A DNA stretch of 64,000 nt from an uncultured Ignavibacteria bacterium (GTDB taxonomy: Bacteria > Zixibacteria > MSB-5A5 > JAABVY01). Below, piece by piece: positions 1 through 10,824 of the stretch. The translations under genes were made by a program, and so were the position numbers. The notes below the pieces were generated by a model. That model saw only the letters and a list, made by a program, of their open reading frames with translations, was not told the DNA's origin and ran no database searches. The stretch is from contig CAZVLB010000001.1 of assembly GCA_964627935.1 (NCBI GenBank), positions 308,626 through 372,625 on the forward strand, given 5' to 3'. Numbering within the stretch: the first letter of the stretch is position 1; the number at the start of each line of letters is the position of its first letter.

Positions 1-604
<604 letters not shown>

Positions 605-605
<1 letters not shown>

Positions 606-1870
606 TGAATCTTTTTCGTGCTAATAGATCTGTTTCCGGCGCAGTCAGCGTATCATTTCTGTTCAGGGTCTTTCTGATCCTGGGTTTTATATTGATTGCG
701 ATTGTTTTTATTTATTACACCCAGCATGTGGTCGGTAAGCTCAAGACCAATTCCTCCCGAATGGTCAACCTCAGTATCAAACTCCTGCAACTTGAACTAT
801 CCCAGGAGGCCTCCGGTGTGGCTACCGGCGTTATTTTCGACGAGATAATCGCGCCTACGAATATACCGATTATCATTACCGACCGGGAGGGCAACCCGCT
901 TTTCTTCAGGAATATATCTGCCATCGATGAGCGCGAGGTTACCCCGGAGAATATCGATAAGCTCAGGCAGATAATCAAGGGCATGTATGAAAAACACGGC
1001 CGTTTCCCGATCAAGCATATCGATCGCGAAACAGGCACTGAGACAATAATTAACTACTTCTATTATGGCGACCCGCAACTTATCCAGCAGCTACAGGCTA
1101 TGCCCTTGATCGAAATCGGCATAGTTGCAGCTTTTCTGATGGTGGGATATATAGGATACAGAAATATCAAACGCTCCGAACAGCATTTTATCTGGGTCGG
1201 CATGGCCAAGGAAACCGCACATCAACTGGGTACGCCGATCTCATCGCTATTGGGATGGCTCGAGCTTTTAAGGACGCGTGATGAGCAATCGGCCGCCACC
1301 AATGGAAAATATAATCTCGAGCAGGTCAGCGATCGGATGTCCATGGATATCGAAAGGCTGCAGAAAATTGCCAATCGCTTTTCGCTGATTGGTTCGCGGC
1401 CCACAATGGCCACGGTCGATTTGAACAAAATAATATCCGATGTGGTTGATTATTTTCGTGACCGCCTGCCATATCAGGGGAAGGGTATCACGATCAATTT
1501 TAACCCTGGTAAAATAGCGCCTGTCAGGATCAATGCCGAGCTGATAAGCTGGGTGGTGGAGAATTTGATCAAGAATTCGATGGAGGCCTGCGATCCCCGC
1601 GAGGGAAGAATTATGATCGCCACGAGCATGTCCGCTGATAAGAAATCAGTAATTGCCGAAATAGGCGATAACGGCCGCGGTATTCAGCCCAAAAATCAGA
1701 AAAAAATCTTTGATCCGGGATTCACATCCAAAAAGAGAGGGTGGGGCTTGGGGCTTTCGCTGGCACGCCGCATTATCCGCGATTACCATAAAGGAAAAAT
1801 ATTTCTGAAGTCATCAGTTCCCGGCCGCGAAACAGTAATACAGTTCACATTGCCGGCTGAAGCGGATTAA
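605..1870 (+). CDS. Membrane sensor histidine kinase (PorY-like, partner of the downstream REC-PglZ regulator)
   Basis: Two hydrophobic segments (VSFLFRVFLILGFILIAIVFIYY; IEIGIVAAFLMVGYIGY), H-box HQLGTPISSLLGWLELL, HATPase_c G-boxes (EIGDNGRGIQP; GWGLGLSLARRII). Start ATG overlaps the serS stop (TGATG). Confidence 0.85.
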
Positions 1871-1945
1871 GACGGATCAATTTGATTAATTGGATGTTTA
1901 ATGGGCATGGCCATTAATCTCAATCAAAATAAGAAGAAGGTATAG

Positions 1946-3514
1946 ATGCAGTCTAAAGAGGAAAGCCGACGGATTCTCTGGGTTGATGATGAAATTGAGC
2001 ATCTCAGGAGCCATATAATATTTCTCGAGGAACGCGGATTTGAAGTCACGCCGGTATCATCCGGCTTTGATGCCGTGCAGGAAGTTAAAGACAATGTTTT
2101 CGACCTTGTGCTGCTTGATGAAATGATGCCGGGTATGGATGGTCTGGCGACGATGGAAGAGATTAAGGCCATCAATCCCAATCTGCCCGTGGTCATGGTT
2201 ACCAAGAGCGAGGAGGAGGATTTGATGGTGCAGGCCATCGGCCGTCAGATAGCCGATTACCTGACCAAGCCGGTCAATCCCTCCCAGGTTCTTCTGGTTG
2301 CCAAGCGTATCCTGGAGAGCAAACGGATCCAGCAGGATCATTTCACCCGTGACTATGTGCAGCAGTCCAATGCCTTGCGCACGCGCCTCTATGGTCCCAT
2401 GGAACCGTCCGACTGGATCGATGTGCACAGATTGCTCTCGCAGTGGGACGTGGAGATGGATCGTAATCCGGATGTCGGCTTCAAGGAATCACAGGCTGAT
2501 TTTCGCAAGGAATGCAATGTCGAGTTTTCAAAACATCTCGAGAAAAACTATAAATCATGGGTAAATTCCAACAAGGGCCCGGTTATGTCTCCTCAGGTTG
2601 TAAGCGAATATGTTATTCCGCATCTTCGCAAAAACCAGAAGGTTTATTTTATAGTAATCGACTGCATGCGCCTTGATCAATGGCTGACTTTTGAGCCGGT
2701 GGTTGCCGATTATTTTAAAGTTGAAAAGGACTACTATTTTTCGATACTGCCCACCGCCACGCCATTCGCCCGTAACGCCATCTTCGCCGGCGAATACCCG
2801 GATAAAGTGGCCGAGATACTTCCCAACCTGTGGAAAAATGACGGCCGTTCCGAATCATCATTAAACGCCGATGAAGATAAGCTTCTAAAACGCCAATTGG
2901 AAAAGAAATTCGTCGATCTCAAGGGCGAACTCTATTATTCCAAGGTCCTGGAGCAGAGGGAGGCCGAAAACCTGGCCAAAAAAGTGCCATCATACCAGAA
3001 TGTCGGATTGATGGCTATGGTATTCAATGCCCTTGACCTGATGGTTCATGGCCGCTCGGAATCAGATATTTTGCTTGAGGTTGCTCCCGATGAATCAGCT
3101 TTCAGGTCCCTGATGAAATCATGGTTCATGCATTCCTCTCTGTTTAGCATCCTGAAATACCTTTCACGCATTGATTGCAGGGTTGTAATCACAACCGATC
3201 ATGGCTCGATCCTGGCCAACAAGGAAACTACGGTCAAGGGACGCAAAGAAGCCTCAACCAATTTGCGTTACAAATATGGCGATAACCTGAACTGCAATCC
3301 ACGGGAAGTTGTGCTGATTAAAAATCCCGAGGATTATCGGCTTCCGCGTTTTGGCGTATCGACCACGTATATTTTCGCCAAGGAAGATTACTATTTCGTC
3401 TATCCGACACAATACCACAAGTATGTTGCCAAATATGCCAATACGTTCCAGCATGGCGGCATCTCACTTGAAGAATGTGTCCTGCCGGTGATAACTTTGT
3501 CTCCGCGAGGATGA
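1946..3514 (+). CDS. Response regulator with N-terminal receiver domain and C-terminal PglZ (alkaline-phosphatase-like) domain, PorX-like
   Basis: REC motifs (ILWVDDEIEHL; DLVLLDEMMPGMDGLATMEEIK; phospho-acceptor Asp context), followed by a ~350-aa region consistent with PglZ. Length 522 aa matches PorX (518 aa). Confidence 0.75.
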   Translation: MQSKEESRRILWVDDEIEHLRSHIIFLEERGFEVTPVSSGFDAVQEVKDNVFDLVLLDEMMPGMDGLATMEEIKAINPNLPVVMVTKSEEEDLMVQAIGRQIADYLTKPVNPSQVLLVAKRILESKRIQQDHFTRDYVQQSNALRTRLYGPMEPSDWIDVHRLLSQWDVEMDRNPDVGFKESQADFRKECNVEFSKHLEKNYKSWVNSNKGPVMSPQVVSEYVIPHLRKNQKVYFIVIDCMRLDQWLTFEPVVADYFKVEKDYYFSILPTATPFARNAIFAGEYPDKVAEILPNLWKNDGRSESSLNADEDKLLKRQLEKKFVDLKGELYYSKVLEQREAENLAKKVPSYQNVGLMAMVFNALDLMVHGRSESDILLEVAPDESAFRSLMKSWFMHSSLFSILKYLSRIDCRVVITTDHGSILANKETTVKGRKEASTNLRYKYGDNLNCNPREVVLIKNPEDYRLPRFGVSTTYIFAKEDYYFVYPTQYHKYVAKYANTFQHGGISLEECVLPVITLSPRG

Positions 3515-3517
3515 TAT

Positions 3518-3949
3518 ATGCGAGACAGGGAGGCCGTTACTACATCGCCGGAGCAGACCAAAAAACTGGCCGGTGAACTTGCACTGGAACTCAAGAGGGG
3601 TGATGTGGTCGCCCTGATTGGTGAGCTGGGCGCCGGTAAAACGGTCTTTACCCGCGGTTTATGTCATGCTTTGGGCAGCAAGAATCAGGTCAATTCTCCT
3701 ACATTTACGCTGGTGAATATTTACAGCGGCAAATTTATGATAAACCATGTCGACTGCTACCGGCTCGATGATCCTTCCGAATTCGAGGATCTCGACCCGG
3801 AATCACTTCTTGAGCCCGAGGGGATTACGATAATCGAATGGGCCGAAAAAATTGAATCATATTTGCCCGACAATTACTGGCGGGTGGAAATACAACTTAA
3901 AAGCGAAAATGAGCGGGCTATCAAAATACTCAGAATCGGATCAAATTAA
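3518..3949 (+). CDS. tsaE: tRNA threonylcarbamoyladenosine biosynthesis ATPase TsaE
   Basis: P-loop GELGAGKTVFTRGL and conserved SPTFTL motif; ~140 aa. Confidence 0.85.
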   Translation: MRDREAVTTSPEQTKKLAGELALELKRGDVVALIGELGAGKTVFTRGLCHALGSKNQVNSPTFTLVNIYSGKFMINHVDCYRLDDPSEFEDLDPESLLEPEGITIIEWAEKIESYLPDNYWRVEIQLKSENERAIKILRIGSN

Positions 3950-3991
3950 TATTCATTTGCATTAAAACGTTTCGATTATTACCATAATCCC

Positions 3992-4690
3992 ATGAATATA
4001 CTCTGTTTGGACAGCTCCGGGTATTTTTTGAGAAGCGGTATTTATTCTGAAAACAGTAAACTGGCAGAAGCCGTTTCCGACAGCCAGGGCAACCATTCCG
4101 AGCGGATTATTTATCAGGTTGATAATATGCTCAGGGATGCGGGGTTACAACTTGATGATCTCGAGGGACTGGCGATCAATCTCGGGCCCGGATCATTTAC
4201 CGGCCTGCGGATCGGCCTGGCGGCAATGGCCGGTATTTCGGCATCTCAGAAGCTTCCTCTGGCCGGTTTTCCGGCATTCGAGATCATCGCAAGAGATTTG
4301 GCCGGCCGGGATGGAGATTATCTGGCCCTGATACCATGCCGCGGCAACGAGTTCTATTCCGCGCGTTACAAGGTGTCGGGCAATAAAGTCGCACTTACAG
4401 GAGGCTATCGAGTTATTTCGCCCGAACGGCAAGAGTCTCCGAAAGAGTCAGTAATATTGATCGGTACAGGGGCCGAGAGGTTCTATGAGCTGTCTACAGA
4501 TAATGATCGCAAGAAGCTGAAATTACAGGAAAATGCTGATCGATTCCCCGGCCTTAAGTCACTGGCTGCACTTGCTGTGGACAGAATAAAACAGGACTAT
4601 TCATTTGATGACGGGATTCCGAATTTGTTTTATATTGCGCCATCACAGGCGGAGGTAAACTATGCCCGCAAAAAGGGTATACATAGATGA
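3992..4690 (+). CDS. tsaB: tRNA threonylcarbamoyladenosine biosynthesis protein TsaB (YeaZ-like)
   Basis: MNILCLDSS start and GPGSFTGLRIGLAAMAG motif typical of YeaZ/TsaB; position between tsaE and rimI is the conserved gene order. Confidence 0.8.
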   Translation: MNILCLDSSGYFLRSGIYSENSKLAEAVSDSQGNHSERIIYQVDNMLRDAGLQLDDLEGLAINLGPGSFTGLRIGLAAMAGISASQKLPLAGFPAFEIIARDLAGRDGDYLALIPCRGNEFYSARYKVSGNKVALTGGYRVISPERQESPKESVILIGTGAERFYELSTDNDRKKLKLQENADRFPGLKSLAALAVDRIKQDYSFDDGIPNLFYIAPSQAEVNYARKKGIHR

Positions 4691-5138
4691 TATGGCTGTC
4701 GAGGATCTGGAACGGGTATATGAAATCGAAAAAACATCCTTTCCCGATCCCTGGCCCTATTCGATTTTCCTGAATGATCTCAAGTCCGACGACATGATCA
4801 CCATCGTCGCCCGTCAGAACAGAACTGTTGTGGGATTTGCCATTTGCCAGCAAATCCTTGACGAGCTTCATCTTATGAATATCGCCGTGGATCCGGAGTT
4901 TCGCAGGAAAAAGATTGGACATGCATTAATCGAACATTTATTTTATATTGGCGATGAAAAAAGATGCCGTATAATGTACCTGGATGTACGTGAATCCAAT
5001 TCCGCGGCCATCTCTTTTTATAAAGGATATGGTTTTAAAGTACTTTATGAAAGGAAAGGCTATTATCGCAAGCCGCCGGAGAGCGCTCTGGTTATGGTCC
5101 TGGATTTAAAAGAAAGGTCAAAAAGTGGAGTGGTTTAA
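4662..5138 (+). CDS. rimI: Ribosomal-protein-alanine N-acetyltransferase (GNAT family)
   Basis: GNAT acetyl-CoA binding motif (IAVDPEFRRKKIGHALIEHL); classic tsaE-tsaB-rimI arrangement; overlaps tsaB by 29 nt. Confidence 0.8.
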   Translation: MPAKRVYIDDMAVEDLERVYEIEKTSFPDPWPYSIFLNDLKSDDMITIVARQNRTVVGFAICQQILDELHLMNIAVDPEFRRKKIGHALIEHLFYIGDEKRCRIMYLDVRESNSAAISFYKGYGFKVLYERKGYYRKPPESALVMVLDLKERSKSGVV

Positions 5139-5982
5139 GAAGGCACGTGAAGGATTAATATCACAGAAGAAGAAAGATATTCCCGAGGGTCTCTGGACCA
5201 AATGTCCCGATTGCGGTGAGATAATATATGTCCGTCAATTGGAGCAAAATTTTTCCACCTGTCCCAATTGCGAGTATCATTTCCGCCTGAAAAGCTCCGA
5301 TTATATAAAATTGCTTTTTGATGACGGTGATTATGAGGAGCATGATCAGGGGCTGATCTCGGGCGATCCACTGGAATTCAGGGATTCCAAGCGCTATCCC
5401 GACCGGATAAAAACTGCCCGAAAAAACACCGGCCTCAATGATGCGGTCGTTTCCGGCCTGGCCAAAATCGATGGCCGCCCGCTGTCATTCGCAATCATGG
5501 ATTTCGCATTCATCGGCGGAAGTATGGGCTCGGTTGTTGGCGAAAAGGTAGCCCGGACAATTGAACGTGCCATAAATATGCGTCTGCCTTTGATTATAAT
5601 TTCCTGCACCGGAGGAGCCCGTATGCAGGAGGGGATTCTTTCGCTGATGCAGATGGCCAAGACCTCGGCCCTGCTGGCTCGTTTGGATGACCTCAAGTTA
5701 CCCTTTATATCGATCTTAACCAATCCCACAACCGCCGGAGTAATGGCCAGTTATGCGTCGCTGGGAGATGTCATCATAGCTGAACCGAAAGCCCTCCTGG
5801 GATTTGCCGGTCAACGTGTGATTAAACAGACCATCAGGCAGGACCTTCCCGAGGGATTCCAGACTTCCGAATATTTCCTTGATCATGGATTCCTGGACAA
5901 AATCGTTCATCGCCGCGACCTGAAGAAAACACTTTCACAATTCCTGGAATATTTTAGCAATGACATACACTCAGGCTCTTGA
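5125..5982 (+). CDS. accD: Acetyl-CoA carboxylase carboxyltransferase beta subunit
   Basis: N-terminal Zn-ribbon CPDCGEIIY...CPNCEYHF, then carboxyltransferase motifs (GGSMGSVVGEKV; GGARMQEG). Confidence 0.9.
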   Translation: MEWFKKAREGLISQKKKDIPEGLWTKCPDCGEIIYVRQLEQNFSTCPNCEYHFRLKSSDYIKLLFDDGDYEEHDQGLISGDPLEFRDSKRYPDRIKTARKNTGLNDAVVSGLAKIDGRPLSFAIMDFAFIGGSMGSVVGEKVARTIERAINMRLPLIIISCTGGARMQEGILSLMQMAKTSALLARLDDLKLPFISILTNPTTAGVMASYASLGDVIIAEPKALLGFAGQRVIKQTIRQDLPEGFQTSEYFLDHGFLDKIVHRRDLKKTLSQFLEYFSNDIHSGS

Positions 5983-7237
5983 GTTTCTCTATGGCCTGGA
6001 GCTTTTCGGCGTTAAGCTGGGTCTCGAGAATATTACCAAATTCCTGAATCGTATCGATAATCCACAGGCCTCATTCAAGGGAATTCATGTTGCCGGCACC
6101 AATGGCAAGGGGTCGGTAGCATCGATTATCGAATCGATTCTTGTAGCGGGCGGATATAAAGTCGGCAAATTCACATCGCCGCATCTGTATGATTTCAAGG
6201 AAAGATTTCATATCAACAAGCAAAAAGTGAGTGAGGAAAGTATTGCCGATTTTATTGGCGCACATGCGGAATACATAAAAGCCAGCCGGACCACGTTTTT
6301 TGAAACATGCACCGGCTTTGCCTTCGATACATTCAGGCGGGAAAAAGTCGATTTCGGCGTGGTCGAGGTCGGGCTGGGTGGCCGTCTGGATGCCACGACT
6401 TTAATCAATCCGTTATTGACGCTGATTACCAAAATTGCCTTCGATCATACCAAGACACTGGGCGATACGATCGCCAAAATCGCCTATGAAAAATGCGGCA
6501 TAATCAAGAAGGGCATACCATTGGTTTCAGCCGCAATAGATCCGGAGGCAATCGCGGTAATAGAGAACATCGCCGCCGAAAGGAAGGCCCCGCTGACATT
6601 TCTTAAGCCGGACGACATGATCAGCGCTATTGAGATGTCTGCAAATGAGATGGGTTTCAGTTTCAGCGCCAATTCCGTTCCCCCTGTGCACTATTCGGGC
6701 AACCTTGTCGGCTATCATCAGGCCGAGAATTACGCCCTGGCGCTGATGGCTGTCGAACAACTGCGCAAACAGGGTTTTGAGCTTTCCGATGAGAATGTCA
6801 GGCAGGGTATGAAAGACGTTTTCTGGCCGGCCCGTCTGCAATATGTGACCGGCGAACCGTCGCTGATTTTTGATTGCGCACATAATCCTGATGGTTTCAG
6901 GAAGCTGGTCAGATCGATACAGGCTATTTATCCAGATCGTAAATTCGTATTACTTATAGGAATGTTGCGCCGTCCGGATTACCCGGAGATATTCGATGAG
7001 CTCAGAAAGATAGGCAAGAAGATAGTTTTCACGGTTCCCGATCATGATCGTGCGCCGATTCCGGAAGCTCTGGCACATGAAGCTGTTGAGGCGAGACTCA
7101 ATTTTACCTTGATTCCCCGCGTGCTGGAGGCATATAATTATGCCAGGGGGATTGTTGATCGCGATGATGTCTTGATTATCGCCGGTTCCCATTTCAGCGT
7201 GGGCGAGATAATGAAATCCGAAAACATCCCGACCTGA
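5960..7237 (+). CDS. folC: Bifunctional folylpolyglutamate synthase / dihydrofolate synthase
   Basis: Mur-ligase P-loop HVAGTNGKGSVASIIESIL and C-terminal Mur ligase domain; directly downstream of accD as in many bacteria. Confidence 0.88.
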   Translation: MTYTQALEFLYGLELFGVKLGLENITKFLNRIDNPQASFKGIHVAGTNGKGSVASIIESILVAGGYKVGKFTSPHLYDFKERFHINKQKVSEESIADFIGAHAEYIKASRTTFFETCTGFAFDTFRREKVDFGVVEVGLGGRLDATTLINPLLTLITKIAFDHTKTLGDTIAKIAYEKCGIIKKGIPLVSAAIDPEAIAVIENIAAERKAPLTFLKPDDMISAIEMSANEMGFSFSANSVPPVHYSGNLVGYHQAENYALALMAVEQLRKQGFELSDENVRQGMKDVFWPARLQYVTGEPSLIFDCAHNPDGFRKLVRSIQAIYPDRKFVLLIGMLRRPDYPEIFDELRKIGKKIVFTVPDHDRAPIPEALAHEAVEARLNFTLIPRVLEAYNYARGIVDRDDVLIIAGSHFSVGEIMKSENIPT

Positions 7238-7246
7238 TATATATAG

Positions 7247-8608
7247 GTGGTTTTTTTACTTATGTCTGATGATGAATCAAAAACCGGTATGGGTAATACT
7301 GATAAGGTCATAAAGCTCGAAGAGGAAATCTCGCGCCATATAGCCGAGTTAACATCGGCCAATAAGCGTCTGAAAAGAAAAATCTTCGATCTCTATACGA
7401 TTTTCGAGATATCCCGTCATCTCAACTCTGTACTGGATACCGAAAGCCTGCTGGATGGTATTATCCTGACCATTATCGGCCAGATGGGTGTCAGCGGATG
7501 TGCCATATTTATCGCCAATCCGGATGAGTCGGGGCTGGTTCTGGCCAAGAGCAAGGGCCTCAATCTTGATCACAATCGCAAATATTTCCTGCCTTATGGT
7601 AGCCCTATTTTCGAGGCCGCTGAGGATTCGACCACACAGACTCATCATGTGGCCGAACTGGAGGCGAGATTTCCGGAAGCCGAAAATGAGATCAGGCTGT
7701 TAAAGTCAATCGACTGCGAACTGGTGATCCCGATGACCCTCAAGAACAAGGCTATTGGCATGTTGGTTGTGACGGAGAAAATATCGCGCACACCGTTTTT
7801 TGAGGATGACAAGGATTTTCTTGGAATCCTGGCCAATCAGCTTTCGGTTGCCGTTGAAAATGCGCGCCTGTTCGAATCGGAAAAAAAGGCTTACAATCAA
7901 CTTGCCAAAGCGCAACGTCAGCTGGTGGAAACAGAAAAGCTGGCCGCATTGGGGCAACTCTCGGCGCGAGTGGCTCATGAGGTCAACAATCCCCTGGGCA
8001 TAATCAAAAACTATCTCGAGCTGATGACTCAGCAGTCGCAGGGGGCGGATCAAATGATCGGTTATATTGATATCCTTAAAGAGGAGGTTAATCGTATAGC
8101 CGGCATTGTGCGCCAGCTTCTGGACTTCTATCAGCCACAGTCGATAGACAAAAAAGAGGTCAATATTGGCCGTGTGCTGGATGAAATTATGGTATTGATC
8201 TCGATGCAGATGGAAAAGCATAGAATCGAAGTTGTGAAAGAGTATTCAGCAGAACTGCCCACAATCTGGGCCTCGGCCGAACAGCTAAAGCAGGTATTTC
8301 TGAATCTTTTGATGAATTCACGGGATTTCATGCCGGAAGGGGGAAAGATCGTGATAAATGGCAGCCGTAATGGTGACTTCATTATACTCGACTTTATGGA
8401 TACCGGAATAGGAATAGAACCTGATTCATTGTCAAAAGTATTCGACCCGTTTTATACGACCAAGAAAGACGGTGCCGGAAGCGGATTGGGGCTTTCGGTC
8501 TGTTACGGAATCATCAAGAATCATGGCGGAAGCATAAACGCCAGAAATCGCAGGGAAGGCGGGGCGCAGTTTACGGTTAAACTGCCGGTGTATCATGCAA
8601 AGAAGTGA
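7247..8608 (+). CDS. Cytoplasmic sensor histidine kinase with GAF domain
   Basis: GAF-like region, HisKA H-box (HEVNNPLGIIKNYLELM), HATPase_c (DTGIGIEPD; GSGLGLSVCYGIIKNHGG). No transmembrane segment seen. Confidence 0.85.
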   Translation: MVFLLMSDDESKTGMGNTDKVIKLEEEISRHIAELTSANKRLKRKIFDLYTIFEISRHLNSVLDTESLLDGIILTIIGQMGVSGCAIFIANPDESGLVLAKSKGLNLDHNRKYFLPYGSPIFEAAEDSTTQTHHVAELEARFPEAENEIRLLKSIDCELVIPMTLKNKAIGMLVVTEKISRTPFFEDDKDFLGILANQLSVAVENARLFESEKKAYNQLAKAQRQLVETEKLAALGQLSARVAHEVNNPLGIIKNYLELMTQQSQGADQMIGYIDILKEEVNRIAGIVRQLLDFYQPQSIDKKEVNIGRVLDEIMVLISMQMEKHRIEVVKEYSAELPTIWASAEQLKQVFLNLLMNSRDFMPEGGKIVINGSRNGDFIILDFMDTGIGIEPDSLSKVFDPFYTTKKDGAGSGLGLSVCYGIIKNHGGSINARNRREGGAQFTVKLPVYHAKK

Positions 8609-10700
8609 ACAGGACGCAAAAATACTGGTGATCGATGATGAGCGTCGTATGGCGGAAAGCCTGCAGACGCTTTTAAGCGGCCTCGGTTATGAGGTGGAGA
8701 TTGCCTTTGATGGAAACCAGGGTGCCGAGAAAATCCGCAACAGCGAATATGACCTGATCATATCCGATATCAAGCTGCCCTATAAAAATGGCCTGGAGCT
8801 TCTCAACCTGGCCCGCGAAAAAGATCCTGAAGCGGTGGTAATTCTAATGACCGCCTATGCCTCACTGGAATCGGCGGTCGATGCGATCAGCCAGGGCGCC
8901 TATGATTATATTCTCAAGCCGGTTGAGTTTACTCATCTGAAGATCGCTGTCAGTCGTGCGCTTGATAAGCATTTCTCCAACAAATCCCGTCTTGAACTTT
9001 TGGAAGAGTTGCAGGAGAAGAATGAAACACTCAGCAAACGTCTGGCTGAGCTTAATGCACTATATAAAGCGGGCCATTCGCTTTCCACAACAATCGAAAC
9101 GCGCGAACTTCTGACCCAGATTATCGAGCTGGCCACCAAGGTTATCGGGGCACGAACCGGTTCAATTATGCTTCTGGATACAGAAAACAACTGCCTGAAT
9201 ATTTCGGCCTCGATCGGAATAAAAAAGGAAATCATAGAAAACACACAACTTCCACTTGGCTCATCTATTGCCGGTACAGTGGCACAGAGTGGAAAGCCTG
9301 TCATAATCGAGGATATCGAAACCGATTCTGATTTTAGACGCAAAGCCAAGAGTCAATATGCCACCAATTCGCTCATTTCGGTTCCCCTGATTGTTAAGGG
9401 CGAGGTGATCGGCGTTATCAACCTGACGGATAAAATCGAGGATGAAAAATTTACCGAAGAAGACCTTAAACTCCTGAATGCGCTGGCTTCGCAGGCCGCG
9501 ATAGCAATCGATGATGCCCGTCATTACGAGGAATCGACCAAAAAACTGCGAGAGTTTGTGGCCCTCTATGAAATCGCCTCGGAACTTCCCAACCTCGAGG
9601 ATTTCCCCCAGATGGCCCGGCTGGTGCATTTCCATATCAAGAACATCATGCCGGTCGAGATGACCTTGTGGCTATCCTATGAGCATAGGCCGGGTGTGCT
9701 GACATTCAACTTCTGGGATGGCTGGGGCAGAGAGAATTATTCCAAAGTCGAAAGCTCTGAAATTCCGCTGGTCAAGGATCAGATAAACAGCCCGACCCAG
9801 AGAGCCGAGGCGGTACTGAACTTCCTGGATGAAAAGCTATCACTCAACGGGCAAATCAAATCATTCCGCGCTGTTCCAATTTATACCAAGGGTCACCTGT
9901 ACGGTCTTTTCTGCATGGGTTCCCGTCAGGAGAAGGCCTTCATCACCGATCATGAATACCTGGCCTCGATTATTACCTCTCAGGCGGCATCATTGTATGA
10001 ACGCCAGCGGTCAATGCTCAATGCCACACGGCTCATGACCATGGGCAATATGATGTCTGAGATTTCACATGACCTGCGCAAGCCGTTGACCAATATCAAG
10101 GGTGGTCTGCAGGTGATGCGCGACCGCTGGCCGGAAAATGCCAAAAAGGATGGCTTCTTTGAGATGGCCGAGCAGGAACTTTCCCGTCTGTCTGAACTTG
10201 TCAAAGAGCTGGTTGACTTTTCGAATCCGACCCGTTATCAGACCGAGCGCAAAAAAATCGAGGATCCGATTAGCCGTGCGGTAAAACTGGTTGGACCTGA
10301 TCTGAAACGCTATAAAATAATGATGAAAACCGAATTTGAGGAAAACCTGCCGCTGGTTTCAATCAATTATAATCAGATTATCGAGACGCTTTTAAACATG
10401 TTTATCAATGCCATCGATGCCATGGATGAGGGCGGAACGCTGATCGTACGGGCATTACGCTATTTTGATGAAAAAGAGAAGCGTTCATATGTGCAGATCC
10501 AGATCGAGGATGACGGCAAGGGCATTCCGCCTGAGGACCAGGAACGTATTTTTGACCGCTATTTTACCACGAAGGATACAGGCACCGGGCTGGGACTGGC
10601 TGTGGTTGACCGCATTATAAAATCTCATAATGGCCGGATCGAGCTTCGTTCACGCCTGGGCAAGGGCACGACCTTCTATATCAACCTGCCGGTCAGCTAA
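8595..10700 (+). CDS. Hybrid signal protein: receiver domain - GAF - histidine kinase
   Basis: N-terminal REC (ILVIDDERRMAESL; DLIISDIKLP), GAF region, H-box HDLRKPLTNIKGG, HATPase_c (DTGTGLGLAVVDRIIKSHNG). Overlaps the upstream kinase gene by 14 nt, suggesting translational coupling. Confidence 0.85.
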   Translation: MQRSEQDAKILVIDDERRMAESLQTLLSGLGYEVEIAFDGNQGAEKIRNSEYDLIISDIKLPYKNGLELLNLAREKDPEAVVILMTAYASLESAVDAISQGAYDYILKPVEFTHLKIAVSRALDKHFSNKSRLELLEELQEKNETLSKRLAELNALYKAGHSLSTTIETRELLTQIIELATKVIGARTGSIMLLDTENNCLNISASIGIKKEIIENTQLPLGSSIAGTVAQSGKPVIIEDIETDSDFRRKAKSQYATNSLISVPLIVKGEVIGVINLTDKIEDEKFTEEDLKLLNALASQAAIAIDDARHYEESTKKLREFVALYEIASELPNLEDFPQMARLVHFHIKNIMPVEMTLWLSYEHRPGVLTFNFWDGWGRENYSKVESSEIPLVKDQINSPTQRAEAVLNFLDEKLSLNGQIKSFRAVPIYTKGHLYGLFCMGSRQEKAFITDHEYLASIITSQAASLYERQRSMLNATRLMTMGNMMSEISHDLRKPLTNIKGGLQVMRDRWPENAKKDGFFEMAEQELSRLSELVKELVDFSNPTRYQTERKKIEDPISRAVKLVGPDLKRYKIMMKTEFEENLPLVSINYNQIIETLLNMFINAIDAMDEGGTLIVRALRYFDEKEKRSYVQIQIEDDGKGIPPEDQERIFDRYFTTKDTGTGLGLAVVDRIIKSHNGRIELRSRLGKGTTFYINLPVS

Positions 10701-10824
10701 TTCTCTATATTTCTTTCATTTACGATTTTTTGTTTGACTAATGGGACAATATTGGTGATTTTGCAACTGATTGCTTAAAATAGGCATCAGATTGCTCAAC
10801 AAATTGCCGAATATACCGATATGA